Shown here piece after piece: positions 49,801 through 61,800 of a DNA stretch of 64,000 bases (position 1 is the stretch's first letter; the number at the start of each line of letters is the position of its first letter). This stretch comes from Amphiscolops sp. MND2022 (Eukaryota). The translations under genes and the position numbers were made by a program. The DNA lies in the NCBI GenBank assembly GCA_964187785.1, contig OZ076409.1, forward strand, positions 47,928,001 through 47,992,000. The letters run 5' to 3'. Below the pieces are notes generated by a model. It made no database searches and was not told the origin of the DNA. It worked only from the letters and a program-made list of their open reading frames with translations.

Positions 49801-52800
49801 TTTTGTTGTCTTTATGTCGGCGTCTTCATTTAGTTGTCATTTTGTTGTCATAATTTTTGTTGCGGAAATGTACTGATATGTTGTTGTGTTTCAGATGCTG
49901 TTTCTTTCAAAAAACGGAGTGCTGGACGAAGTGACTACAGATTTCATTTCTATATGGGGTTGAGTCAGTTCGTTTATGGGTTATTGTCTCGCAGTCGTAA
50001 GAGTGCGTCGTTGCCCCCATTGAACTCGTGTGACGATTACATGGATTCTGCTAAAGTTGCTGATCTGGATAGAGTATCATCTGACGATTTTCTTGCAAAC
50101 TACGAGTTTGGAGCTACCTTGCAGAGTTTCAAGGGTGGTGAATCGCGTGAGTTTCGTCGTCAGTGTCCTGCATTTATTGATCGTTTTGTGGATGTCATTC
50201 TTGCTCAATATCCTGCATCTTCGGATTTCTTGCGTTATACTTATTGTTTCTGCCCTGAGTTGTTGTTAGAAGGTGGAGACGAGTATATCTTTGGCCTCTT
50301 CAATGATCTTGTTGCGTTGCTGAGACGATGTAAAGTGCTGAGTGATGCTGAAGCTAGTTCTGCCACAGAGGAGTTTTTGTCATTTGTCGTGGATGTTCGT
50401 GTTCGGCATGTTAGCAGTGGTCGTAGTGCAGAAGAAATTGTCGATGTAGTGTCATTTTTAATATCTGATTATGGCTTCTTGGCTCGCAAAAACTTGTGTC
50501 GGACATTCAAGTTATGTTGTCTAGTACTTGTGCAGCCCCAGCAGAATTTCCCTGCAGTCGACATTGATCTGTCTAATTGTGCCTTGCCCAAGCTTGTAGT
50601 GTCGTCCTGTGTCCGTGGTGTGCAGAGTTGCGTACTGTCGGCGAATTATAAGCAGAAGTCGTTTTTTACCAAGCATACCATGGAATGTGTTCGCGATGCT
50701 ATTGTTGGTTCGCATGCCTTTATGTCTCTTGCTGAGCTCGATCCATGGGAGAGGATTTGCAGTGGAGGGCAAAGTGGATTTTTGAGTCGCTACACCTCTT
50801 TGTTTGATGCTTATTTGGCACAGAAAAAGGATGAGGCATATTATCGTCTGCGTGCTGCGAATCAGCGTGATAGTCGATCGCGGTCTGCTGGTCATTCGGA
50901 TGCAACAGTTATGACGTGTTCGGAGAGTGGTGAATCCTCTGTTGTTAGTGCGAATGCTGTCACTCAGGTGGTAGTGGGACAAGTTCTGGTCGTCCCAGCA
51001 AGGTGAAAAAATATAGCAGTCTGGCTTCATTACTTGGTCGGAAAAGAGACGCAAAGGAGACAGCCGGCACTGTGACAAAGAAGAGTAAGAAGGAGTCTGT
51101 CAATTCTGTGGGCGCAAGTGGTGCTTCCTCATCAAAAAAACATTGAAACTATTTACTGCATTCCAAACTTTTGATGTGTTTGTTGATTTATTCTGCATTT
51201 GTTGTTTCCTTCGGGCAGTTAATTGTAGTGTTAGCATTCTTCAGTAACGTCATAGATGGCGTAGAAAGAAAAAACCAGTAAAAAGAAGGAGTCGTGGATT
51301 TTGAATAAAAGGGAGAAAGGCCGTAGTATGCCTTGATTTGTAATTTGTCAGATCGGTTCGGTCTGGACTCCTGATATTATCTTTTTCTTTTTTAATGAGT
51401 CGTAGTCATAGCGTCAATTCGTCTGAAGTCAGGATTAGCATTAGGTTTAGGATTAGGTCTCAAATTGCACTTTGTTGTTTGTTTCGGGTTATATCCGACA
51501 ACTGTATGCGGTGTTCTTGGGGGAATAGGTGGGCTTTCAAGGGGTGGGGGGCGGCGTATGTATGGGTTATCTCCCACGTCCGTAGTAAGATTTGAAAAAT
51601 CCGGAGACGGCAGTGCCTCGTCATTTGTGTCATCAGTTTGGTTTCTTGGCTTTTGAGACGTCGTGTCTTCGTCATTCGTATTTGTCACTTCTTGTATTTC
51701 TGTGTGTCGGTTGTTTTCTGTACTTTTTGATGTTTCGTGTTCATCAATCTGTTTCCCGAAATCCATTTCCCACGATCTCGCGTACCACTCGTTGTGTGAC
51801 ACTTTGACGTCTGGATCGGGAAGATATTCATTTGCTCGTACTGTGACGTCAGGCACGCGTTGCTCTGGCACGTAAGGTCGTATGCGAATTCTGTGTAGTG
51901 TTTGTGTATATCGCGTGCCGATTTTTCGTATCGTGTAATTTTTATTTGAGAGCACTTTGGTTACTATGTACGGTCCCGTCCAGATGCAATCTTGGAATGC
52001 AAATTTTGTCGATTGATTGTCAGCTTTTGGATTGAGGATATAACAATAGTCATTTATCTTGAGCGGGGCTGCCGACGCTTTGCGGTCGTAATATTTTTTG
52101 TATTTGAGGTAAGACAGCATGATGTTGTCTTTCGCTGTCGCTCGCACTTCGTCAATTTGTTTTTGTAGTTGCTCTGCTATGTCCCAGTTGGGCGTAGTTT
52201 TCCACTTTGGCTTGATGCCCAATTTTAAGTCGAGAACATTGTAGGGTATACGTCCGTGGAATACTGTAAATGGTTCGCATCCTGGGGTTTCCTGGTACGT
52301 CGTATTGTAATTCATGACTGCAATTTGGACGTATTTGTGCCACATTGAACGTCTTTCACCCGTCGATATTTTTAGTGCAGTCTTGATTGAGGCGTGTGTT
52401 CTTTTTAGAATTCCGATTGTTTGTGCGTGTTTTGTGGACGCATGGCTGATTTGAATTTCAAGGATTTGCGTTATTTCTGCGACGACTTCTGATCTGAATT
52501 GTGATCCTTTGTCTGACAAAGTTAAAGTTGGCAGATATGCATGTCTGGTCATGACGTCGACAATGCATCGTCCGATTGTTTTCGCAGTGGCATTCTGCGT
52601 CGGGTATGCGAATAGGTAACGTGAGAACACATCGATCATTGTGACAATGTTCTGATATCCTGCAGAGTTTGGTAGGTTTGGCAGTGTGTCGATTTCGAGT
52701 ATATCTTCTGGTCCCAATACGTGTTCTGTGTTGTTGATCATCTTCGGTCGGATTTGGCTATTGTTGATTCTTTTGTATTTGATGCAGTCTTCACATTGCA

Positions 52801-55800
52801 TCACCCACTGTCTGATTCTTTTTGCTAAGCCAGGGTAGTAGTATTTTGATCGGCATTCTTGGATCATTTTTGTGATCCCTGGGTGTTTTCCCATTTGTCC
52901 ATGGATTGCTTTCAGAAGTTCTGTAATCAAGTGTTCGGGAATTAGTATTTGATTGTGTGTAATTTGACCGCATTCTCCGTAGTATTTGCGCATTAGTACT
53001 CCGTCTTTGACTATGAGTCTATTTTCGTGTACCAAGAGGCGCTTGGCTTTCGGATCTGTTTGTAAGAGGTGTTTGTCGTATTCTTCACAGATCAGTTTTC
53101 TTTTGATTGCTTTGAAAACTAAATCTGAATCTTGTTCAACTCTAATGCGTGCATCTTCTTTGATTGCCCCAAAGGTGTATGATGCCTTGTTTATTGGGAT
53201 TGGGGTTGTTTCTTTTTTTTGACAGCTTCATTTTCGTCGTCTCTTCATCTCGTGCATTTTGTCTTGCTTGTTCTTTTTGTAGGAGGATTTCCTCTTCTGT
53301 TTCAATCGTTTCCTCTGGGAGGAAAAAGAGTTGTTCTTCATCTGCGACGTCTGTCGATTGAAGGTTTACTTGTATTGGTTGGATCGTAATGTCGTTTCGG
53401 ATTTTTAGTTCAACTTTTTCTTTAGGGTTAAGGTCAATTCTCGATAAGAAATCAGCAGCAGTGTTTTGCGTCCCGGCTACATGCATGATGTGAAAATTGA
53501 ACTGTAGTACGTAGTCGCATGCGTTCCATAGTGTAGGGGGAATCGCTTTTGTTTGAAAAATCTTGTTACTGATCTGTTGTCGGTCATTACAAGAGTTGGT
53601 AGGGTTGTTTCCCACAATATGTGACTGTATTCTAAAAATGCGTGGTAGATTGCCAGAAAATCTTTGCAATAAATTGACATCTTCAGTTGTGCTGGTGAAA
53701 ATACTTTTGATCCAAATGCTACCGGCGCAAAAGTTTTCTTTTTGGAGTTGAGTTTTTTGTCATTTTCTTCTTCGATCATTAGCGCATATCCTGAGGCGCG
53801 AAAACTAGCATCCGTCATTAGGACGTATTGTCGTCCTGTGATTGGTTGTTTGAGGGCTAGTCCACATGCTTCCGCTAGTGCTGCGTTGAAGTGGTCTAGC
53901 AGTTCTTCTGTGACTTTGATTTGTTTGTCGGCTTTCAGTAGTTCGTAGAAGCCGAGTAATTTTTCTGACTACCGCGGAATGTAGTTGCGGTAGTAGTTGA
54001 CAAAGCCTATGTATCTCTGTACCTGTTTCTTCGATTTCGGGAATCGTACATTTGCTAAGAATTTCTGGATTTTGTGGTCTTGGGGGGCGATTCCTTGTGG
54101 GGTGATCGTTCTTCCAAGGAATTCGATCTCGGTTACTCCAAAGTGGCATTTGTCGATGGATAATTTGAGTCCTGCTTGTCTGATGCATTCGAAAACAGCT
54201 CGTATGTTCTGTATCAGTTGCGTCACGGAGTTTGCAGCTATTCCAATGTCGTCTACATATTGCGCGCACTGGTCAGCCTTGATTACCTTGTCTAAATATT
54301 CTCTCATGAAACTAGAGAATGCCGACAAAGCTCTGCTCAGTCCTTGTGCCAGTCGTTTGTAGGCGAACGTCCTGCTTGCGAAGTTGACCGCTAGCATTTC
54401 AATTGATCTCTGGTCTGCCATTTGTAGGCAGTGGTATGCTTGGGAGCAATCTAATTTACAGAACAGCTTTTTCCCAGCTAAGTGTTGGGCTGCGTCCGAC
54501 AGGGTACTGACTGGGTGGTTGTTGTTGATATAGTCGTCGGATATCAGTGCATTGATTTTTCGTAGGTCGACGAGTAGACGTAGTTTACCATTTGGTTTAC
54601 GTTGTGCAAAAATTGGACTGGCATATTTTGAAAATGGTAATGTCGTTATTATGCCGAAAAAATTGCATGAGTGCCAGTTCGACTGTTAGGTCTTCTTTGA
54701 GGTTAATCGGTACTGGTAGGCTTTGCGTGTATATGGGGCGTTCGTCTTTTGGTGTCAGTTTCACTTTGAAGCTATTATTAATGCCGATGGCGAGTCTGTG
54801 ACGTGCAAAGATGTCATTGTATTCAACTATCGTTTGTTCTAATTGTTTCTTGTCCTTGCCTTCAATTTGTGATCCTTCCCATTTGAACATGTCGAGAAAC
54901 TCTTTTCTTGAATCTGGATCTTTGGTGGGGTCAAGTTGTTCTTTCTTGATGAGTTCTCTGATTTCTTTTAATATTCGTCTTTGTATTGGTGTGTGTTCAT
55001 CCTCATTTCCTGGGTTTTCGGGTGTTGGGAACCAGAGGTTCTCGTCATTTTGTTCGTTGTTGGTGGATTTCATGAGCTCATTTACATACATGTGCGTATC
55101 ATCTGGATCTCGTAGGGTGGTCAGTGTTGCGACGTCTATAGGTCGTATTTGTTTTGTGTCTTCTGGCTTCAGAATTTGCAATTCTGCCAACTTGGTATGG
55201 TTTTTTATGGTGTGCGGGAAATCTGTCAAGTTGGCTATTCGTAAATTGGTTCGTTTGTTGTGAGCTGTGGCTAGTGCTGGTGCGACGATGATGGTGGCTG
55301 TTTCATCGAACTGTTGTAGCGATTGTACTGCTCCTGTGATGTAGATTGCGTTGGTGGTGATAACTATTGCATTTACAGTTGTTGTTTGTTGTGGAGGCAG
55401 TGTCTGGTTCCCTTCAGCCATGATTTGAAGCGGTTTGGGGTTACAGTTTTTCTTTTCATCTGTCATGGCTAATGTCATTTCGACATGGGGGAAGGTGATG
55501 GTCCTATTGGCTGTATCTATTACTGCTTGGTGATTTCTCATGAAGTTCAGTCCAATTATGGGGAATGAGGTCTTTGATAGTATGACAAAGGTGTCAGTGA
55601 ACGTGTATGTTCCGATATTGAATTGGATATCGGCTGTGGCGATAGGTTGTTCCAGTTGTGCGTTTGCACATTCAATTTTGAAGGGAGGTTGTGGGTACTC
55701 CTTTCTGACGCAATTATCGCTGTTCATTTTAATGGCGTTGTAATCAGACCATGACATGGCATTGATGAACGCTCCTGAGTCGACGAGGCCGTCCATAGTT

Positions 55801-58800
55801 AGTTCTCCAAATTCCAGTGGTAAGTAAAGCATTCGTCTTCTGTTCTTGAGGACTATTGTTGAGTGGAGCGGTATGTAGGTATCTCCGTCTCTTTCAGTTA
55901 TGTACTCTTTGATTGAGTTGAGTGCGATGGGGAAGTTCTTATGGAAGGCAGATGTCGTGGTGGTTTTGTGCATAACTTCCTCGGTCGTTTGTGACGTGAG
56001 GTTGTCGTCGGGGGCGTTTTCATTGTTGTCTGTTTGAGTTGTAGTAGAGAGTTCTTTGGTGTTGGTGGTTGGCTGAGAAAATGGGTTTGTGTGATTTTGA
56101 TGATCGCTTCTGTAATCTTGATCTTGGAGGAATGTTGTTTTCTGACCTTTTTCTGGTGGTGGTCTCTTAATGGAGGCGATGGCTTGTTGTCTCAGCCAAT
56201 TTTCTGCTGGAGTATCAGTGCATCTTGTTGTTGTATCGGTTGTGTATATGGTAGGGGGGTCTTCTGGTGAATACGCCCTCGCGTCTACTGTTTCCCCAAA
56301 GCGCAGGCGCGGCGTAATTAGTTTTTTGATTCATCTTCTGGTTGGTTCATTGGTTGTGTGGCAGAGGTGTCCAACTTACGTTCTTGTGTGTTGTGACGCT
56401 TGGGTCGTGGATCGTTGGCAGCATTAGCTCCATTCCAACAATCCTCTGTTTTGTGTGGTTTGCCGCAGGTGTCGCATTTGGGTGGTTTGCCTGCACTGTG
56501 GTTGCTCGGCCCGTTGTTTCTGCGGGTTTGCATCCATTTGTCCCTTTTCATTTTTCGGCATTCAGCTTTATAATGTCCGACTTTATTACAGTAAAAGCAG
56601 TACCCTTTTTTGGTGGTCTGAGCGGTGGTTTCCGCTGGTTTGGGTTCAGTTTTTGTTTGAGCGGGTTCGATTTTGTTCAGGGGTACTAACGTTACCTCAT
56701 CTGGTGCTCCTAGTCCATTGAGACGCATTTCTCTCTCTAGGTGGAGTACTATGTCGTTATAGGGTTTGTCTTCGAGGTATGCGCGGTTTAGTATTTTCTT
56801 GACATGATCTGGCATTTTGGCGTATATAGCCTTGTCTATGAACTGCTGCGCCTCTGATCCATAGGCTTCTTTTGCAGTTTTCTGGAGTACATCCTACGTT
56901 TTGATCTAAAGGATAAGAATTCTCCATATTTATTGGCGATACAAAGCCTTCATCATCAGCTTCTGATGAAAGGATAAGAATTCTCCATATTTATTGGCGA
57001 TACAAAGCCTTCATCATCAGCCGTTATCATCAGCTTCTCGCTGGGTATTCTTTCTCTTTTGGCTTCGTGTTGTAGACATGTTGTTGAAGAAAGATTTATT
57101 CTTGAAGAATTCAACTTTCACTTTCTGATTTTCAACAGAGTTAGAAGAATGAGAGTAGTTTGAGAACAGCGAGTTTGAAACAACTAAGTTGTAGCACTAG
57201 CAAAAGACTGAGTCCTTTAATCATCAAATCCTCTCATATTTATACCCTCCCAGCATCATTTGATCACGACTATAATCCCTGATTTTGCTCGAACAATTAG
57301 TCATTTCCTGTTTTATCGATGAAAAATCACAAAGTTCCCAAATTTGCGTCAATATTCCGTCAATTTTTAAGACACGACAATTTTAATTTGGCGTTAGTCA
57401 TCAAACACGATCATATCATTTCATCCCGGCGTCCTTTTGCTTCCTCCCAAGCAGAAAGTAGATATTACTTCAGTCTGTCAAACCGGAAATGCTTCCCTGT
57501 TTTACTGCTTTGGTTCGCGGGAAATTGACGCTGAGATGACGCTGACGTGAACAACAAATACTTGATTTTGAAATTCGGAATGATCAAAATGCTATGACTA
57601 ATTCCAAAGCGTAATTATTTGAACGATGCTAAGACGATGGTTTATGAATTTGGACTCATCCTTTTGTTGGAAATAGAATTAAAAATATGGTATTAAAATA
57701 ATACACCATTAGTAAATTTGTCAAGTCGTGACAACTGCGACAAGTTTTACAAAATTAACAGCAACGTTTGTTAATTAGCAACGACAACGCAACGCATTTA
57801 ATGGATAGCAACAAATGAATTAGTATGAAAAATATGATCTTGGTCATAAATATAGCGTTCAATATCGCAGAGTACAAAATGCGAAGTATATGAAAATACA
57901 TTTTTAGTACAAAATATACTTTAGTTGAATGCATAAACTGTGACTTTCTGATTACTTTACTATGAACTCTCATAGAGGAAGAAATAGTTTATATAAGGGA
58001 ATTTCCTTGTTGATGAAAAATGCAAGACGAATCAATTAACGTGGATTTGAACTATCCTATATGTGTCAAAGCTGCTTTATGTTGGTGCCTTATGTTATAG
58101 GAATGTCGCATCTACACTTATTTTACGAATTGAAATAGCCTGCAATCATTTTCTTTTAGCATAATAGCAACTTTAGTGCGATGAAACCTTAACTGATCTT
58201 GCAAATTCATCCATTTTGCTCAATCTCATAAACTTGGCAGCGTCGTGTTGACGAGTTTTCTTGGCAAAATTTAAGCTTCATAAACTTGTCAACGTCATGT
58301 TGACGAGTTTTCTTGGCAGAATAGAGATTTTGACTAGTTTGACGCAATGCTGACGAGTATTTTAGAAATGAGTCTCTCGCTAGCTGCCGGAGCAGTGACG
58401 TCACAGTGGCGGTAACTTGGAATGATTTCTAGCAATGCTATTAGTATAGGCGGATAATTGGAATGATTTGCTGGTACGCGTATGCGAGGCAGTGACGTCA
58501 ATTGGTATACCTTCAAACTTGTCTGCGTCTTACTGACGACAAATATACATGTATTCTTATTTTCTCCGCTGCCTTGTTTACTCAGCGTGATATTAACGTC
58601 CTAAACTACACTAATTGCTGTTCAAAACGCAATTAAGCTGTCTTTCTAGGAAAAGGCTTAATTCTATCGGTGTGTCATCTCAGAGTATTTTTCATTTTAG
58701 ATCTGATTGATGTTCTTTTGGGAGATGATTTTAATTATGTTTTCATTTAGATTGGGCTATGGTTACCTTATTTTGAAGCGTGTTTTAATTTAGTTTTCAG

Positions 58801-61800
58801 GTGGCGGATGTAATTGATTTGACGTGGCAAAAGCGTCTCAACCGGAAATGTAAAAATCATTTTAGCGCGCTCATTCTTTGTAATTAGTTTCATTTGAAAT
58901 TCCCGTTGACCGGACGTATTTATGTTTTCTTAGTCACAGTTTATTTGTTAGTTTTAATAGTTAAAGTAAGTCTTTTCGAACCTTGCGGTGCAGCCGTGGC
59001 CTCTCCCGAAGCCAACTCTTAAACACCCACAACCCAGTCCGGGAGCGGACTGTGACAACTACTATTAAATTTTTGATTGAATATTGAAACATTTGCCTCA
59101 ATAGTTCTTCAAGGAACTGCTGATGCGATCTTTAGACTTTTTCAAACAGTGAACCCACAAGTTCTATGATCTCATTGTATTTTGTGGAATAAGAAATAAA
59201 TTGAGGTTTCGAAATCAATAGAAAACTCACGATGCCTCGCAAATGAATGATCATTGCTCCTCATTTCTGCATTTGTAAGCTTCTTGAAGCCTTTTCCGCC
59301 GCAAAAAGCGTTTTCTATAAAAATTGGTTTCTCGCACACAAAAGTCAGCAAAAAACATGGAATACCTGATGCAGTCATGATCCATGACGTCATGATGGTG
59401 ATGGTGGTGAGGGTGCGAGTGGGTGTGGTAGTGGGGATGTGATGAGCCTCCAGCTGTCCCGGGCACGAAACCGGCCTGTTCGGGCATGCCACTTCCTCCC
59501 CCACTGCCCTTGATGGCTGGCAAGCTAATCGATGATTGTGATAAAATTTGGTTCTTCTGCGTCCCAAAATTCTGGTCGGGGGGAGAACTCGGGGTGTGAC
59601 TTCTGCTTCCTGCAATTACTTGTTTAGTTATTCAACCATAGGGAACAATTGAGAAAAAAAAGATGCTAAAGGTATTTGGTATAATAGGAAAATCAAGCAC
59701 AGCCATAATATTATAAGTTATAGTTTTGCCTATAAGCTATGAAGAAAGTCCGTCTCTTTGGAAAAGCAAAATGAATATACAAACGCAATATACGTTATAA
59801 CGTTCTTGCAATTTACAATGACATCATTTTGAAAAAAGTGGCATTATCTTCGTTTGCCCATCTGTTGTATTTAGAGCCTTTCTTGATGTTGAAAAGTCGA
59901 GGAGACGGTTCTCAAATTCAATTAAATACAAAATGACTGTAGGAAAAGGCCAGTTAAGTAAATGAAATACAACGCTGCTTTTATCAAAAAGTCAAAAAAA
60001 TGGCTCTTGGATATATTTCGGTTCAATGTTCTTCTAGAAACCGTTTTTTGTGCGGGTAATTTAAGTACTCACCATTACCTCTAAAATTGCCAAAGGATTA
60101 GAAGATGTTGGCAGGGTGTAAAAAGGGTGTGTATGGGAGGTAAAAATTGAAATGAACTAAAACAGAGGGATAACTCACCGTGATTAAGCTGCGAGGGATG
60201 AGGAAAAGGTGGCGAGAGAGGGTATTCGTAGGAGTATGGTCTCTGAGAGATGGGCTGTTCGATTATGTGGCTAGTGGAGCCCGCTAGAGGCATGTACCGT
60301 CCTCCCCCGCCCCCGCCTCCATGGCCGACTGAGCCCTGGGAGTGAGTAGCCGATGCATTTTGGTCCACCGTCTTGAAACCTTTGTAAATTAAAATACAAC
60401 CAATTACTTGAGATATAATAAATCACAATATCATCCATTCAATGAAGATTCATTTCGATTGTGGGATTATCGATTGTAGAATACATGATCGCTAAATCGG
60501 GGAAAAAGACAAACTATCAACTTAAATGGACCGGTATACAACGATAAAGAAAACCAAACTCTGAAACTTTTTTCTTTGACTATTTAGTTTTGCCGGTGAA
60601 TGGAACAAGCTTCGAAAGGAAAACTTTTCATACTTTCTCAAGACTATCACTCGAATAAGCCCATGGTTTTGAAAATTAATAAAACTATCAAATTCGGGCA
60701 ACAATAATGGATCCAACAATGGGTCTCCATGTGAAGTATGCACCCTGAACTGACCTATTTCGGGGGGTTGAGAAGATAGCTGTGGGGGGTTGAATTCATG
60801 ACAAGCAGTCTCAGGTCTGGAAGCGCTGCTGTTGTTCACACTGTAAATATTTGACTGGGTGTAAAATGGCGAGTTTAGGGCAGCAGCATACCCAGGGCCG
60901 TTCATCATGTTACCTGTGTTGGGGCCCTGCATTGGTTGTCGGGCGGCATTGTTATCGCCCCCTCCCCCTAACCGGCTGATTCCTTGTAAAGTCCTAACAG
61001 CAGGGTTTCCTCATATTGCATTGCAATCAGGTTATTTTTGTCCAAAAATATAAGTTTTCGAATGTCAAACATCATTGGCTCGTGTCATCGCCACTTATTG
61101 ATTCCGACCAAAGGTCAAACCTAGGAAAGCTAGGTGTCAACAACTCGCCGAAAACAGCTCGTCGAAATTAAAGGGCGGAAAACTTGTCGAAAAGTAACTT
61201 GCCGAAAACTCGTCTATTACGAAAGTAAACTATCCTCAGTCGAGCAGGTAGCTGATTCAGCCATTGCGAATTAGGAATAGACAATTAAGAGTCTAGGAGG
61301 ACAGGCATTAGAACTTATTACTTTTGATTGACAAAGCTGTTGATTTTCAAAACCACTTTTTCAATTGCGTTGAAGTAGAAAGTGAGCATGTAGAAAACAT
61401 GCATTGATTTTCGAAAGCACAGCAACAACAACCAACTGAAACTTGCGTCAACCTTAAACAACGTTAAACTTAGTAAATACAAGTTGAAAAAGCCACCCAT
61501 GAACATATAACCCCGCACGAATCAAAACTGACAGGGAAGCCGGAGTACCGAACGCAATGAAACAGGGAATATCGCCAACGCTTTCATGCAGTTCAAAACA
61601 TTTGCCCGTAGGCAGGTTCTCAGAAATTCCGAAAGATTACCGTATCACACCCTTTTTGTGGTACCGCAATGGGTTCAAATTTTTAACTTACGGAGATATA
61701 TTTTCAAGGAGGACATTTTTAGAAGTTGCACTTTGACATTGTCTGAAAGCTGCAGAGACAAAGTACTGATAGTCTTCGTTGAGTCCTTCATTTTTGTAGC

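Larger units (their letters stand above)
43686..59057 (-). mobile_element. Ty3/Gypsy LTR retrotransposon C (15.4 kb), decayed relative of element A, inserted in a host intron
   Basis: TSD ACTAC at 43681-43685 and 59058-59062; LTR repeats; Pol similar to A (e.g. EYLDKVIKADQCAQYVDDIGIAAN is identical). Confidence 0.97.
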
